This document shows positions 1 through 8,394 of a stretch of 64,000 nt of DNA, one piece after another. The notes below the pieces were generated by a model. It was not told where the DNA came from. It searched no databases and worked only from the letters and a program-made list of their open reading frames with translations. The stretch comes from a virus. The stretch spans positions 4,315 to 68,314 of the IMG/VR virus record IMGVR_UViG_3300022413_000008; one strand, given 5' to 3'. Numbering within the stretch: the first letter of the stretch is position 1; each line of letters starts with the position of its first letter. Made by a program: the position numbers and the translations under genes.

Positions 1-1
1 G

Positions 2-106
2 CCCGTGCTAGTTGAGGAACTGTGCGACGAATGCAATGATGAAGTGGTGGAAGATGATAGGCTATGTCCCGACTGCAAAGCATGGTTGCAGACCCGTAAG
101 CCGTGA
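2..106 (+). CDS. 3' end of a Cys-containing hypothetical protein (truncated by window edge)
   Basis: Frame 2 reads PVLVEELCDECNDEVVEDDRLCPDCKAWLQTRKP*, with two CxxC pairs. Confidence 0.6.
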   Translation, partial: PVLVEELCDECNDEVVEDDRLCPDCKAWLQTRKP

Positions 107-136
107 GTGCGGAAAGGTTAGCCCTATGCGGATCCT

Positions 137-445
137 AGCCTACTTCGATGGCAGTAGGCTTAACCGACAACCACGGCCGCCATCCAGAAAGGGAAACCAA
201 TTTACCCTAACAACCCGACCATGAGACTGACCCGAGTCTAACAAGCGCGGCGTGCTTACCGCTGAGTGGCGGCCTCAAGCGTGCCGTAGTCATGTCCGCC
301 CTTCAAAGCGAGCATGACAAGGGGCGAAAGCCTGACGCCCTGGGCGTCTGTCAAGGGCAGTGTCGGTTAAGTAGGGTCACCTACGAAACCGGCCGAATTT
401 CGGCTGAGAAAAGGGGCGGGCAGGCAACTGCCCGTCCTGCTTATT
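137..445 (+). ncRNA. Candidate structured non-coding RNA or DNA hairpin array
   Basis: Intergenic stretch with about 9 consecutive stem-loops, including GAAA and GCAA tetraloops; no family recognised. Confidence 0.4.
414..445 (+). terminator. Terminator-like hairpin
   Basis: gggcgggcag-gcaa-ctgcccgtcc followed by a weak T-rich tail (tgcttatt). Confidence 0.45.
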
Positions 446-449
446 GATT

Positions 450-581
450 ATGAGTTACGAAGGATGGATATTTCTAGTGGCGTGCTTATGCATATGCAGC
501 ATACTTGTGCGCAAAGCCAAGGCCCATGATGCTGCGGCGAAACGAAGCGGAACCAAACACAGGACAGGCAGGCTGACATGA
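450..581 (+). CDS. Small membrane protein (43 aa)
   Basis: MSYEGWIFLVACLCICSILVRK...; ATGA overlap with next ORF; below ORF-track cutoff. Confidence 0.55.
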   Translation: MSYEGWIFLVACLCICSILVRKAKAHDAAAKRSGTKHRTGRLT

Positions 582-859
582 TGATCCGCAAGATTGAAGA
601 CCTGTTCAGAGTGTTCGGTGTCGAAGGCATGGCCGTGCTAAAGAAAGAGATCTTCAAGACCACCGAATGTGGGGCGTGGATTCGTGAGGTCGACGGAGGA
701 GTGGTGATCGGGAGCATTGTCGAAGGGTCCGATGCAGAAGTCGGGCCGGTCACCTTGCCGTATCCGTTTCCTGTAGAGGACTTTTGGGAGAAATTGCAGG
801 ATGTAGACAACGAAGCATGCAGGCTATGGGAGGAAGTGAATGAGGATTGGGATGACTAA
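578..859 (+). CDS. Hypothetical early protein
   Basis: 93 aa ORF in coupled run. Confidence 0.75.
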   Translation: MMIRKIEDLFRVFGVEGMAVLKKEIFKTTECGAWIREVDGGVVIGSIVEGSDAEVGPVTLPYPFPVEDFWEKLQDVDNEACRLWEEVNEDWDD

Positions 860-965
860 CATACTGATTGCTATTCTGTGCCTGGTGGCAGCCCTACTGC
901 TATTGATGTCATTGGATGAGGCACCTAGAACCGAGCAGCAACAGATACTAATGGGAGGGCCATGA
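852..965 (+). CDS. Small membrane protein (37 aa)
   Basis: MTNILIAILCLVAALLLLMSLDE..., hydrophobic N-terminus, overlaps previous stop. Confidence 0.5.
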   Translation: MTNILIAILCLVAALLLLMSLDEAPRTEQQQILMGGP

Positions 966-1087
966 AGTGGAACCAAAACTAACGACAGCGCAACAGCGCA
1001 TGAAGCAATTTCTGGCGGAGTATGCGGCCTTCAAACGGGGCTTGAAGCCTACCTCACGTCAGAGCAGACCACCAAGGAAACAAAAGA

Positions 1088-1294
1088 ATGACACTGGACG
1101 ATGTAATACTGGTGCGAATTGACCGAGGGCGGGGCCGACGATTCTGTGCGGTACACGTTACCACGACCGGCCAAAAGGTTGGCGAGATAGCTGGCGTGCA
1201 AGCTACGGACGAGCAGATAGAGCTATTAATACAAGCGAAGGAGGAAGCGAATGACAGGGACGATGATGAGCGAGGTCTCTCTCCTAGGGACTAG
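1088..1294 (+). CDS. Hypothetical early protein
   Basis: 68 aa ORF. Confidence 0.55.
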   Translation: MTLDDVILVRIDRGRGRRFCAVHVTTTGQKVGEIAGVQATDEQIELLIQAKEEANDRDDDERGLSPRD

Positions 1295-1454
1295 CCTCCG
1301 GCTGGAGGAAGGGCAACAGGTGCGAATGGACATGCCCACAAACATTCCGGGTGCAGTGGCATCCGGTAAATGGTTTGTCTCCCCGATTGACGGTAGATGG
1401 GGGGACAGCAGCATACTGGTAGATAAACACGAAGTGAAGGCAAATGAAAACTGA
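1251..1454 (+). CDS. Hypothetical early protein
   Basis: 67 aa ORF preceded by ggaggaag. Confidence 0.55.
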   Translation: MTGTMMSEVSLLGTSLRLEEGQQVRMDMPTNIPGAVASGKWFVSPIDGRWGDSSILVDKHEVKANEN

Positions 1455-1623
1455 ACCACTCCTGGTTCCGGTCGACCTATTGCGGCAACTTCGCTACTAT
1501 CTGTATGCATACCGGAACCGGTGTTGGAATTGGTCGTTGGAAGGCAGGAAGGATGAGTATGCGCAACTCGAACAAACGATCAGCGATCTAGACAAACTCT
1601 TACACAGCTGCAATGAAAAATAA
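1444..1623 (+). CDS. Hypothetical early protein (59 aa)
   Basis: MKTEPLLVPVDLLRQLRYYLYAY...; fills the gap between neighbours; below ORF cutoff. Confidence 0.55.
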   Translation: MKTEPLLVPVDLLRQLRYYLYAYRNRCWNWSLEGRKDEYAQLEQTISDLDKLLHSCNEK

Positions 1624-1942
1624 ACCAATACCGGGTGCTGAGGTCTGGTGGTCGAGCGGCTCGGGACGCATAGAATTCAAGATGCCGGAACAGGCAGCGA
1701 TGGATTGTTATCATGTCGGTGCATGCGATGAGGATGTCGAGCATTGGTTGCCTGAGATGCGTGAGCGATTGGCTCATGTGTCTGACGAGGCAATGGTCTT
1801 GGAGCTGAGAGAATACGGGGCATGGGATGCCGAAGAGCTTGCCGACCGTGACGCTAACATTCGTCGGCTAACATGGCTGGCAGCTGGTGACTACCATGAG
1901 GAGGAGGAGCATGACTATGAAGAGCCGGGGAGTATCGAATGA
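1613..1942 (+). CDS. Hypothetical early protein
   Basis: 109 aa; CYHVGACDEDV and LREYGAWDAEEL segments resemble a common phage hypothetical family. Confidence 0.8.
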   Translation: MKNKPIPGAEVWWSSGSGRIEFKMPEQAAMDCYHVGACDEDVEHWLPEMRERLAHVSDEAMVLELREYGAWDAEELADRDANIRRLTWLAAGDYHEEEEHDYEEPGSIE

Positions 1943-2138
1943 TCCAGTATGGACGCTGTTCGAATGCGAGCGCGGCGCACGGTGGTCTTCGGTGTCTGAC
2001 AAGTTAGCTCCTGAGTGGTGCGAGTTCTCTGGCTGCGACAGCCGACGGCATATGGCAGTGATAGTGAAAACAACGACAGATAGAGACGAAGCAAGCAAGT
2101 GGTTCAGGAGACCGGAGGTAACCAATCATGATCACTAA
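1887..2138 (+). CDS. Hypothetical early protein (start uncertain)
   Basis: 83 aa ORF bridging neighbours. Confidence 0.5.
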   Translation: MTTMRRRSMTMKSRGVSNDPVWTLFECERGARWSSVSDKLAPEWCEFSGCDSRRHMAVIVKTTTDRDEASKWFRRPEVTNHDH

Positions 2139-2544
2139 AGAACAGAGAAAGGACATCCAGCGCCGACTCGCCAACCTTTACCGGTGGATTGCTCGGATGC
2201 GCCACCGAAACAGATCAGACTGGGCGAGCTGGAAAGCTGGATCAGAGCCCAGCTACTGCGTAGTGACGAACGAAGAGAGATCGTTAGCGGAAGTGTTTGA
2301 CTGGGTGCATGACCCTCCATCCGAATACTTCCTATACATTGACGTAGAGAAAGGGAAGGCTACGACGTGGATGGGTGACTCGTTAGGGGACGTGACGCTC
2401 GGCAAGCCATATCGAGTCCCGGCGTTCGGGCAGTCATCCGAGCGATGCGCGGTGTGGGTCACCGGGACAAATGGTTGCAAGTATTACGGCACCTACTACA
2501 GGAGCTCCGGCGACTACGCTCGGGTGAAGAGGTGCAAACAATGA
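2128..2544 (+). CDS. Hypothetical early protein
   Basis: 138 aa; TTWMGDSLG...GTNGCKYYG resembles a common phage hypothetical family. Confidence 0.8.
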   Translation: MITKEQRKDIQRRLANLYRWIARMRHRNRSDWASWKAGSEPSYCVVTNEERSLAEVFDWVHDPPSEYFLYIDVEKGKATTWMGDSLGDVTLGKPYRVPAFGQSSERCAVWVTGTNGCKYYGTYYRSSGDYARVKRCKQ

Positions 2545-2735
2545 GGAAAGGAAAGCACTTCCACACGATAACAATCCAAGCCAAGAACGGCACCTTCACC
2601 TTCGAGGGAAAGAAGATCCAGGCCAACCTATGGCAGACCCAAGGTAAGCAGTGGGTACACGTCCAACCCAATGGTGAAGCGGTCACCTACTTCAAGGAGC
2701 CAACACATTTATACTACGAAACGATAATTCTATGA
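2541..2735 (+). CDS. Hypothetical early protein
   Basis: ATGA overlap at 2541; MRKGKHFHTITIQ... Confidence 0.65.
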   Translation: MRKGKHFHTITIQAKNGTFTFEGKKIQANLWQTQGKQWVHVQPNGEAVTYFKEPTHLYYETIIL

Positions 2736-2926
2736 GAGTAGCAATCAGCTTTCTCGCGAATGACATGGGCGATGTTGAGCATGTGGTAGCCCAGCTTGCC
2801 CCCAAGATTGAGCACCAACTAGTCAGGCCTCAGGCATTGTGTAAACATGAGGAGGCAGAGGATCAACTAAGGGACCGCAACGGGAACGTGTGCGGCACAA
2901 TAAAAGTAACAAAGGACACAGAATGA
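2732..2926 (+). CDS. Hypothetical early protein
   Basis: 64 aa with ATGA overlaps on both sides. Confidence 0.65.
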   Translation: MRVAISFLANDMGDVEHVVAQLAPKIEHQLVRPQALCKHEEAEDQLRDRNGNVCGTIKVTKDTE

Positions 2927-3456
2927 GTACAGGAATAGACTACGGACGAGGAATAACAAACATCGACACATCAAATGGCATTCGCTTCGGAGTGGTGGCA
3001 TGCAACGCCCTGTCGCCATGGATATGGGATGATCTAGACCCAGTCTTCGGGCCTCCTGTCTGCAAGGATTGCCAGCATGAAATGGATTACGAGTCGCCGG
3101 ACGATTCAGGCAGGTTCTCGTGTCCAGAGTGTAGCACCCTAACAGATGAGGAGGATGCCTATCCTCATGAACCGGTAGGCTACGAGTATAAATCCGAGAC
3201 GTTGGTGATGCATACCGCATTCGACAACACTGAGCTCTTTGTGACGAAAAGCACACATGCCCGCTGCGTAAAGTTCTGTTCACCGTGTGCTCCCGGCGCG
3301 GGAGACATTGATTCACCGGACGAGAGCGGAGTCTGGGCATACTGCCCACCACCGGAGTGGTTTGGCGAATGCCCGCCGACAGACATTGTGACAACGGAAG
3401 AAGCACTCGAGATCATGAAGAATAACCCACAAGAACATGAACACGGCGTATTTTGA
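2923..3456 (+). CDS. Zn-ribbon-containing early protein
   Basis: MSTGIDYGRGITNID...; CKDC, CPEC and CSPC motifs. Confidence 0.8.
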   Translation: MSTGIDYGRGITNIDTSNGIRFGVVACNALSPWIWDDLDPVFGPPVCKDCQHEMDYESPDDSGRFSCPECSTLTDEEDAYPHEPVGYEYKSETLVMHTAFDNTELFVTKSTHARCVKFCSPCAPGAGDIDSPDESGVWAYCPPPEWFGECPPTDIVTTEEALEIMKNNPQEHEHGVF

Positions 3457-3814
3457 ACTCACTGTAAGGACGAAGGACATCGAGAAGTTCAGTGACTTCG
3501 ATGAGGCTGAAGGAGATGTCAATGTTAGCGTCCTGCGTTGGAAAAGCGGCACCACGGTAGCGCAACCGCACATCGAAGGGGTGCCCTATGTCGGCTATTG
3601 CGGCCCAACTGGCAACTCCCCTGCCGAGCGATGGGTTTACACCGGAGTGGGTTCCCAGGTCGAAGTAATGGAACTGGTCGATGATACCTATGCGATCATG
3701 GCGCCAGTTAATGACAAGGGTCGGGTCTACAGAGACCAAATCGAAGATCAGATCAGAGAGATTGAAAAGTTTGAAGCAACCAGAAGATCAGTGATAGAGG
3801 AGATTAACAAATGA
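3437..3814 (+). CDS. Hypothetical early protein
   Basis: 125 aa ORF, coupled. Confidence 0.7.
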   Translation: MNTAYFELTVRTKDIEKFSDFDEAEGDVNVSVLRWKSGTTVAQPHIEGVPYVGYCGPTGNSPAERWVYTGVGSQVEVMELVDDTYAIMAPVNDKGRVYRDQIEDQIREIEKFEATRRSVIEEINK

Positions 3815-4650
3815 TGAACCAGGAACGAATCGAATGGATACTGGAGCTCGCTCGCTCCGTCGCCGGAAGGGAAGCACTCAACAGGATTGAGGAGATACAG
3901 TTCGGAGAAGTAGGCGAGCGAGGCTATGATAACGAGACACTGACAGCGTTCGCAAATTGGAACAGTGTCAGGGCGTGGGTAAAAGACAAGGGCTACGTTG
4001 GTGAGGAAGACAAAACCATGGAGCGTCTGGCCGCCATCTTCGAGAAGGGAGGCCTCCAGATTGAGTGGTCGGACGAATGGTCTGCTTGCGGCGAGTGCTA
4101 CAAGTATTACCGCACGTCACCGGACGGTTACGATTGGCTACCATCGCTCGTGTGGGAGACTGATTGCGATCTGGTCTGTCCCGAGTGCCTTGACCACGAG
4201 ACGTATCTGGAGAGCATCGAAGGCGACCACAACAAGGCGGTTACCTCTGATGATATCGACCCATCAGAACACGGCTATCACAAGATAGACACCGACTTCG
4301 AGACCGGCTTCCATTCGCACCAAGACGATTCTCCGGAGAAGGTAGCCAAGGCACTCGAGAAGCAAGGGATCGGTCGGTATCTATTCCAGATCGACAGCAC
4401 TGGACAGTTCGATACGAGCTGGGCAGTGTGGATTCACGAAGAGGAGCTCGAGAAATTCAAGGGCCTTGGCAGTGAGGATACCAGATTCGACCTGGGTCAG
4501 TCGCCGGCCGAAGTAATGAAGCGGGGCCTTGAACAAGCAAGCCACGAACACAAGCCGGGCTGCGTCACGGTGAACAAGATCACTCAGACCGGGTGCGAAA
4601 CCAAGTTCGTTCCGCACCAGGACTTCATCGATGGAAAGGCTTTAGAATGA
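3811..4650 (+). CDS. Conserved phage early protein with Zn-binding motifs
   Basis: 279 aa; FANWN, EWSDEWSACGEC and VCPEC. Confidence 0.85.
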   Translation: MMNQERIEWILELARSVAGREALNRIEEIQFGEVGERGYDNETLTAFANWNSVRAWVKDKGYVGEEDKTMERLAAIFEKGGLQIEWSDEWSACGECYKYYRTSPDGYDWLPSLVWETDCDLVCPECLDHETYLESIEGDHNKAVTSDDIDPSEHGYHKIDTDFETGFHSHQDDSPEKVAKALEKQGIGRYLFQIDSTGQFDTSWAVWIHEEELEKFKGLGSEDTRFDLGQSPAEVMKRGLEQASHEHKPGCVTVNKITQTGCETKFVPHQDFIDGKALE

Positions 4651-4841
4651 ATTACTGTGACTTCAATCACGCAACCCCCAGAGAAGTAAGGCTGCTACCA
4701 ACCGGTGGCGGAGGCAACACCATAGTATGCCAGACCTGCTACTACAAGGAGATGCGCAGACGCAGGGAAGATACGAACGAGCGAGGGGTGGATAACGATA
4801 TCCCCACATGGGAATCGCTAAAGGTTTACGATCCATCATGA
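4647..4841 (+). CDS. Hypothetical early protein
   Basis: MNYCDFNH...VRLLPTGGGGNTIVCQTC; ATGA overlaps. Confidence 0.7.
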   Translation: MNYCDFNHATPREVRLLPTGGGGNTIVCQTCYYKEMRRRREDTNERGVDNDIPTWESLKVYDPS

Positions 4842-5038
4842 GACCACCACCAGAAGACATTGAATCAGCACTCCGAATCGAGACCGAAGCGCTCGGACGA
4901 GATTGGGAGAACTATATGGACTGGCTGAATAACAAGCCGATGAGTCACCGCTTCACTGACCGCGAGCTGCGTGACGGGTGTATTTTGGCCCACGAGTATA
5001 GGGGATGGAAGAACAGAAGCGATCACGATCCCGCATGA
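4838..5038 (+). CDS. Hypothetical early protein
   Basis: ATGA overlaps on both sides. Confidence 0.6.
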   Translation: MRPPPEDIESALRIETEALGRDWENYMDWLNNKPMSHRFTDRELRDGCILAHEYRGWKNRSDHDPA

Positions 5039-5268
5039 ACCTGTTAAAGCAAAACACCATCCTGTTACGCCGTGGCTCGGACAACACTGAGAAAAGGTTC
5101 TTCATGTCCAAGCCAACCTGGATGGCAGGGGCTATCATGTTTGCCAATGGCAGCGACCTATTCGTAGTTCAATTGGGGAGCAACGAACCGGAAAGAATCG
5201 CTGCCCGTCAACCGGAACTCATTCCAGAGTTTCGAATCAAATCCAGAACTAACCACGACAATAACTAA
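5035..5268 (+). CDS. Hypothetical early protein
   Basis: ATGA overlap at 5035. Confidence 0.55.
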   Translation: MNLLKQNTILLRRGSDNTEKRFFMSKPTWMAGAIMFANGSDLFVVQLGSNEPERIAARQPELIPEFRIKSRTNHDNN

Positions 5269-5273
5269 AGGTA

Positions 5274-5591
5274 ATGGAAATCAAAGTAGAACACATTCAC
5301 ATGATGCTGCAGGCTGCACGCCAGCACGTATGGAACACAATGGCTCGCCTCGACCAGGAGCTGGCGACGCACATGACGCTCGAGAGCACGCAGCCATGGG
5401 CTCCGTCTCCGGGCGCCGACATCACACCGAGAGCTGGTCGGATACGCACCCTTCAGGATGAACTAGACAGACAGAGATCCCTGCTGTCGTTTCTTACCGA
5501 CACGATCAGCAACTCGGGCAACCCTAACGATCGTATTCTCCTGTTCCAGAAATACTTGGCTGGAGACCGTTCGTTTCTCAGGCCGGGGTGA
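5274..5591 (+). CDS. Hypothetical early protein
   Basis: 105 aa ORF after aaagg. Confidence 0.7.
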   Translation: MEIKVEHIHMMLQAARQHVWNTMARLDQELATHMTLESTQPWAPSPGADITPRAGRIRTLQDELDRQRSLLSFLTDTISNSGNPNDRILLFQKYLAGDRSFLRPG

Positions 5592-5682
5592 TGAAGGCTT
5601 TATCCAGGGATGAGTCGTTGCGGCACAGGCCTGTGTCGCCTCTGAACTGGCGGTTACCGGACCGTATCCGGCAAGAATAAGT

Positions 5683-6855
5683 ATGAGTGATACACTAAGA
5701 CAACCCACACAAGGCGCACTGACGCCTGACAGCGCATCGGTAAGCACCTCGGAGGCGTACCGGCAATGGGCAAGCCGCCCGGAAGACGAGCGCTACAGCG
5801 ACCTCGAATCCCTGTTCGACGCATGCGCCTCACGGCGAACCCGATCACGTGAGGTTCACGTTGAAACGGACAAGCTTCAGGTCAAGCAGCATGAGGCGAC
5901 CGGCGAGCTGGTGATCAATGGCGAAACATCCGAATCGAAATGGACTCATTGGAGTTTTGGCCAGACTTGCAATCTGGTTGGGGCGCCAGCGAAATACCTG
6001 CGCGATCTTCCGGATGTCCTGATCAGAGCCAACCTGACCTACGGGCTGGCAACCCAACGGGAAACGATGAAGTTCATGACTGTCCAGCCTGATAATGACA
6101 CCGAGCAGCTCAGCACGCTGCAGGCTGTCACGTCGACTACTTACGGACGGATATGGGACGCTGACTGTGTCAAGGCATGCCAGCACATCGTGGAGCGATC
6201 CAATGGGCGGTTCCACAACCCACTGGCTTATGCGGCGGGCGACTACATGGGGCACAAAGGCACGGAGCCAAGGCCGTCAGGTCTCTACGCCTCCGATCGT
6301 GATGTGTTCATGTTCATGATCGACGGCGGCTCACTGTTGGAAGCTGGGCCTCGGGCCAAACTCAACCGGGGGTTCTTCATGTGGAACAGCGAGGTTGGCT
6401 CGCGATCGTTCGGATTGATGACGTTCCTATTCAACCAGGTCTGTGGGAACCATCTGATCTGGGGTGCGCAGGACGTAAACAAGATCATCATCCGCCACTC
6501 GTCCGGTGGGCCATACCGGTTCGAGACCGAAGGGACGCCAGCGCTGAAGCAGTTCGTGGAGGCGCCGGCTGCCCCGATTGAGGAAGTCCTCCGCAAAGCA
6601 CAAGACTACATGCTGCCTGTCCGGATGGACGGAGACGAGGAGAAGAGCATGCGTGAGTTTGTTGCGAAACGCGCCAAGTTCTCCGCCGCTGAGGTAAGGG
6701 ATGCCATGAAGTTTGCGAGAGCCGAGGAAGGCGAATGTCGCACCTTGTGGCAGCTCGTGCAGGGTTTCACTGCGTCGGCACGTGCGATCCCACACATGGA
6801 CACTCGGATCGACCTCGAGAAGCGAGCGGGCAAGCTCATGTCGTTCGCTGAATAG
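5683..6855 (+). CDS. DUF932 / phage-plasmid LGT-family protein
   Basis: RQWASRPEDERY, THWSFGQ, TYGRIWDAD, GLYASDRDVFMF, WNSEVGSRS and QVCGNHLIWG motifs. Confidence 0.85.
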   Translation: MSDTLRQPTQGALTPDSASVSTSEAYRQWASRPEDERYSDLESLFDACASRRTRSREVHVETDKLQVKQHEATGELVINGETSESKWTHWSFGQTCNLVGAPAKYLRDLPDVLIRANLTYGLATQRETMKFMTVQPDNDTEQLSTLQAVTSTTYGRIWDADCVKACQHIVERSNGRFHNPLAYAAGDYMGHKGTEPRPSGLYASDRDVFMFMIDGGSLLEAGPRAKLNRGFFMWNSEVGSRSFGLMTFLFNQVCGNHLIWGAQDVNKIIIRHSSGGPYRFETEGTPALKQFVEAPAAPIEEVLRKAQDYMLPVRMDGDEEKSMREFVAKRAKFSAAEVRDAMKFARAEEGECRTLWQLVQGFTASARAIPHMDTRIDLEKRAGKLMSFAE

Positions 6856-7002
6856 TCACTGACAACCAACTAACGACCATTGGGGAAACCAATTGGACAA
6901 CAATCGAAAGAGAAAGGCAAGCTCATGTAATTCGATGAATAGGCAGCGACAACCAACTAACGACCATGGGGGAGACCAATTGAACAACAATCGAAAGAGA
7001 AA
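6849..7002 (+). repeat. Imperfect direct repeat, about 67 bp x2, period 87 bp
   Basis: tgaatag...gacaaccaactaacgaccat.gggga.accaattg.acaacaatcgaaagagaaa at 6849-6915 and 6936-7002. Confidence 0.9.
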
Positions 7003-7005
7003 AAC

Positions 7006-7380
7006 ATGGATAATGCAGAGCTAATACTTAAACTTCTGAAGCTATTACCGAACGAAGACAACGAACAGAATCCTCAGAGCGATTCTGAGTGTGAAATGAA
7101 CCCCATCACTGGCACGGTGCTGAGATCCGTCGTTTACCCGGGTGCGAAAGTGCTGATCAGGACAGTGACCAGCTACTTCGCGGGAGTGGTGAGTGAGGTG
7201 GACGACCACTTCATCGCATTGGCACACGCTTCGTGGGTTGCTGACACGGGACGTTTCTCGGACGCGCTAAAGAGCGGGTCATTCACCGAGGTGGAGATGT
7301 ATGATCGGGCCGTGATCGTCGCCGTGGCCGCCGTGGTTGACGTGACGACCCTTCCGGAGGTTCCTGCGAAGCAGAAGTAG
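7006..7380 (+). CDS. Sm/LSm-like fold phage protein (DUF6948-like)
   Basis: KVLIRTVTSYFAGVVSEVDDHFIALAHASWVADTGRF resembles Sm1; VIVAVAAVVDV resembles Sm2. Confidence 0.7.
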   Translation: MDNAELILKLLKLLPNEDNEQNPQSDSECEMNPITGTVLRSVVYPGAKVLIRTVTSYFAGVVSEVDDHFIALAHASWVADTGRFSDALKSGSFTEVEMYDRAVIVAVAAVVDVTTLPEVPAKQK

Positions 7381-7400
7381 GACGCACGATAAAGGCAGGA

Positions 7401-7424
7401 GCAGGCCCATGCACTTGGGCCTGC
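7401..7424 (+). other. Perfect 9-bp hairpin between the Sm-like gene and the repeat array
   Basis: gcaggccca-tgcact-tgggcctgc; no U-tract. Confidence 0.8.
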
Positions 7425-7470
7425 CCTATACCGCAGCAAGGTCACTGTCACATTCATGGAGGTTTGCACT

Positions 7471-7764
7471 ATGACGTATCTAGCGAGTCGGGCATGTTCA
7501 AATGCACGGGCAGAATCAAGGTCACTGACACAGGAACTTGCGCTGTCACGGTCACGGTCACGGACAGGATCGTGGTCACTGGCATGGTCTTTCTCATGGT
7601 CACTGGAAAGGGCATGGGCACGGGCATGGTCACAGTCAAGGGCAGGGTCACAGGCAGGGTCGGAGGCAGGGGCGCTGTCACGGTCAACGACAGTGTCGTG
7701 GTCACATTCACGAACATGTTCAATGTCACTGTCATGGGCACGGCCAAGGAGGTTTCTAATATGA
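7471..7764 (+). CDS. Ser/Arg/Trp-rich mini-protein, unit 1
   Basis: MTYLASR...; ggagg upstream; stop overlaps next ATG. Confidence 0.55.
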   Translation: MTYLASRACSNARAESRSLTQELALSRSRSRTGSWSLAWSFSWSLERAWARAWSQSRAGSQAGSEAGALSRSTTVSWSHSRTCSMSLSWARPRRFLI

Positions 7765-7997
7765 CGTATCTAGCGAGTCCGTCATGGCCATCATCACGAT
7801 CGCGATCATCGCACCGGTCACGTTCAGTGGCCGGGTCAGGGCCATCATCACGATCGCGATCATCGTACCGGTCACGGTCAGGGGCATGGGCACGGTCATG
7901 GTCCCGGTCAATGACAAGGATACGGTCAGGGGTAGGTTCATGGGTAAGGTCAGGGTCACGGGCAACGTCATGTCCCGATAAGAAAGGCACGATATGA
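7761..7997 (+). CDS. Ser/Arg/Trp-rich mini-protein, unit 2
   Basis: MTYLASPSWPSSRSRSS...; aggagg upstream; ATGA overlaps. Confidence 0.55.
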   Translation: MTYLASPSWPSSRSRSSHRSRSVAGSGPSSRSRSSYRSRSGAWARSWSRSMTRIRSGVGSWVRSGSRATSCPDKKGTI

Positions 7998-8200
7998 CAT
8001 ATCTAGCGAGTCCGGATGAGCCCTGTTCGAAGGCATCAGCAAGGTCATGGACAGGGTCACGGTCAGGGGCAGGGACACGGTCATGGGCAAGGACACGGTC
8101 ATGGGCAAGGGCATGGTCATGGGCAGTGGCAGGGCCACGGGCATGGTCAAGGTCAGGGTCACGGGCAACGTCATGTCCCGATAAGAAAGGCACGGCATGA
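7994..8200 (+). CDS. Ser/Arg/Trp-rich mini-protein, unit 3
   Basis: [19 protein letters not shown]...; ATGA overlaps. Confidence 0.55.
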   Translation: MTYLASPDEPCSKASARSWTGSRSGAGTRSWARTRSWARAWSWAVAGPRAWSRSGSRATSCPDKKGTA

Positions 8201-8394
8201 CGTATCTAATGAGTCGGGGTGCGCCCTGTTCGAGGGCATCAGCACGGATGAAGCATGGCACCCGGTCGTGGGCAAAGTCACGGACAGGTACACTGTCGCT
8301 ATCACTCACATTCGCATGGTCGTGGGCATGGTCAATCACACGGGGGTGCGCATTCAATCGGTCACGATCACTAGGTAAAAAAGGTTTGTTATGA
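8197..8394 (+). CDS. Ser/Arg/Trp-rich mini-protein, unit 4
   Basis: [17 protein letters not shown]...; ATGA overlaps. Confidence 0.55.
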   Translation: MTYLMSRGAPCSRASARMKHGTRSWAKSRTGTLSLSLTFAWSWAWSITRGCAFNRSRSLGKKGLL

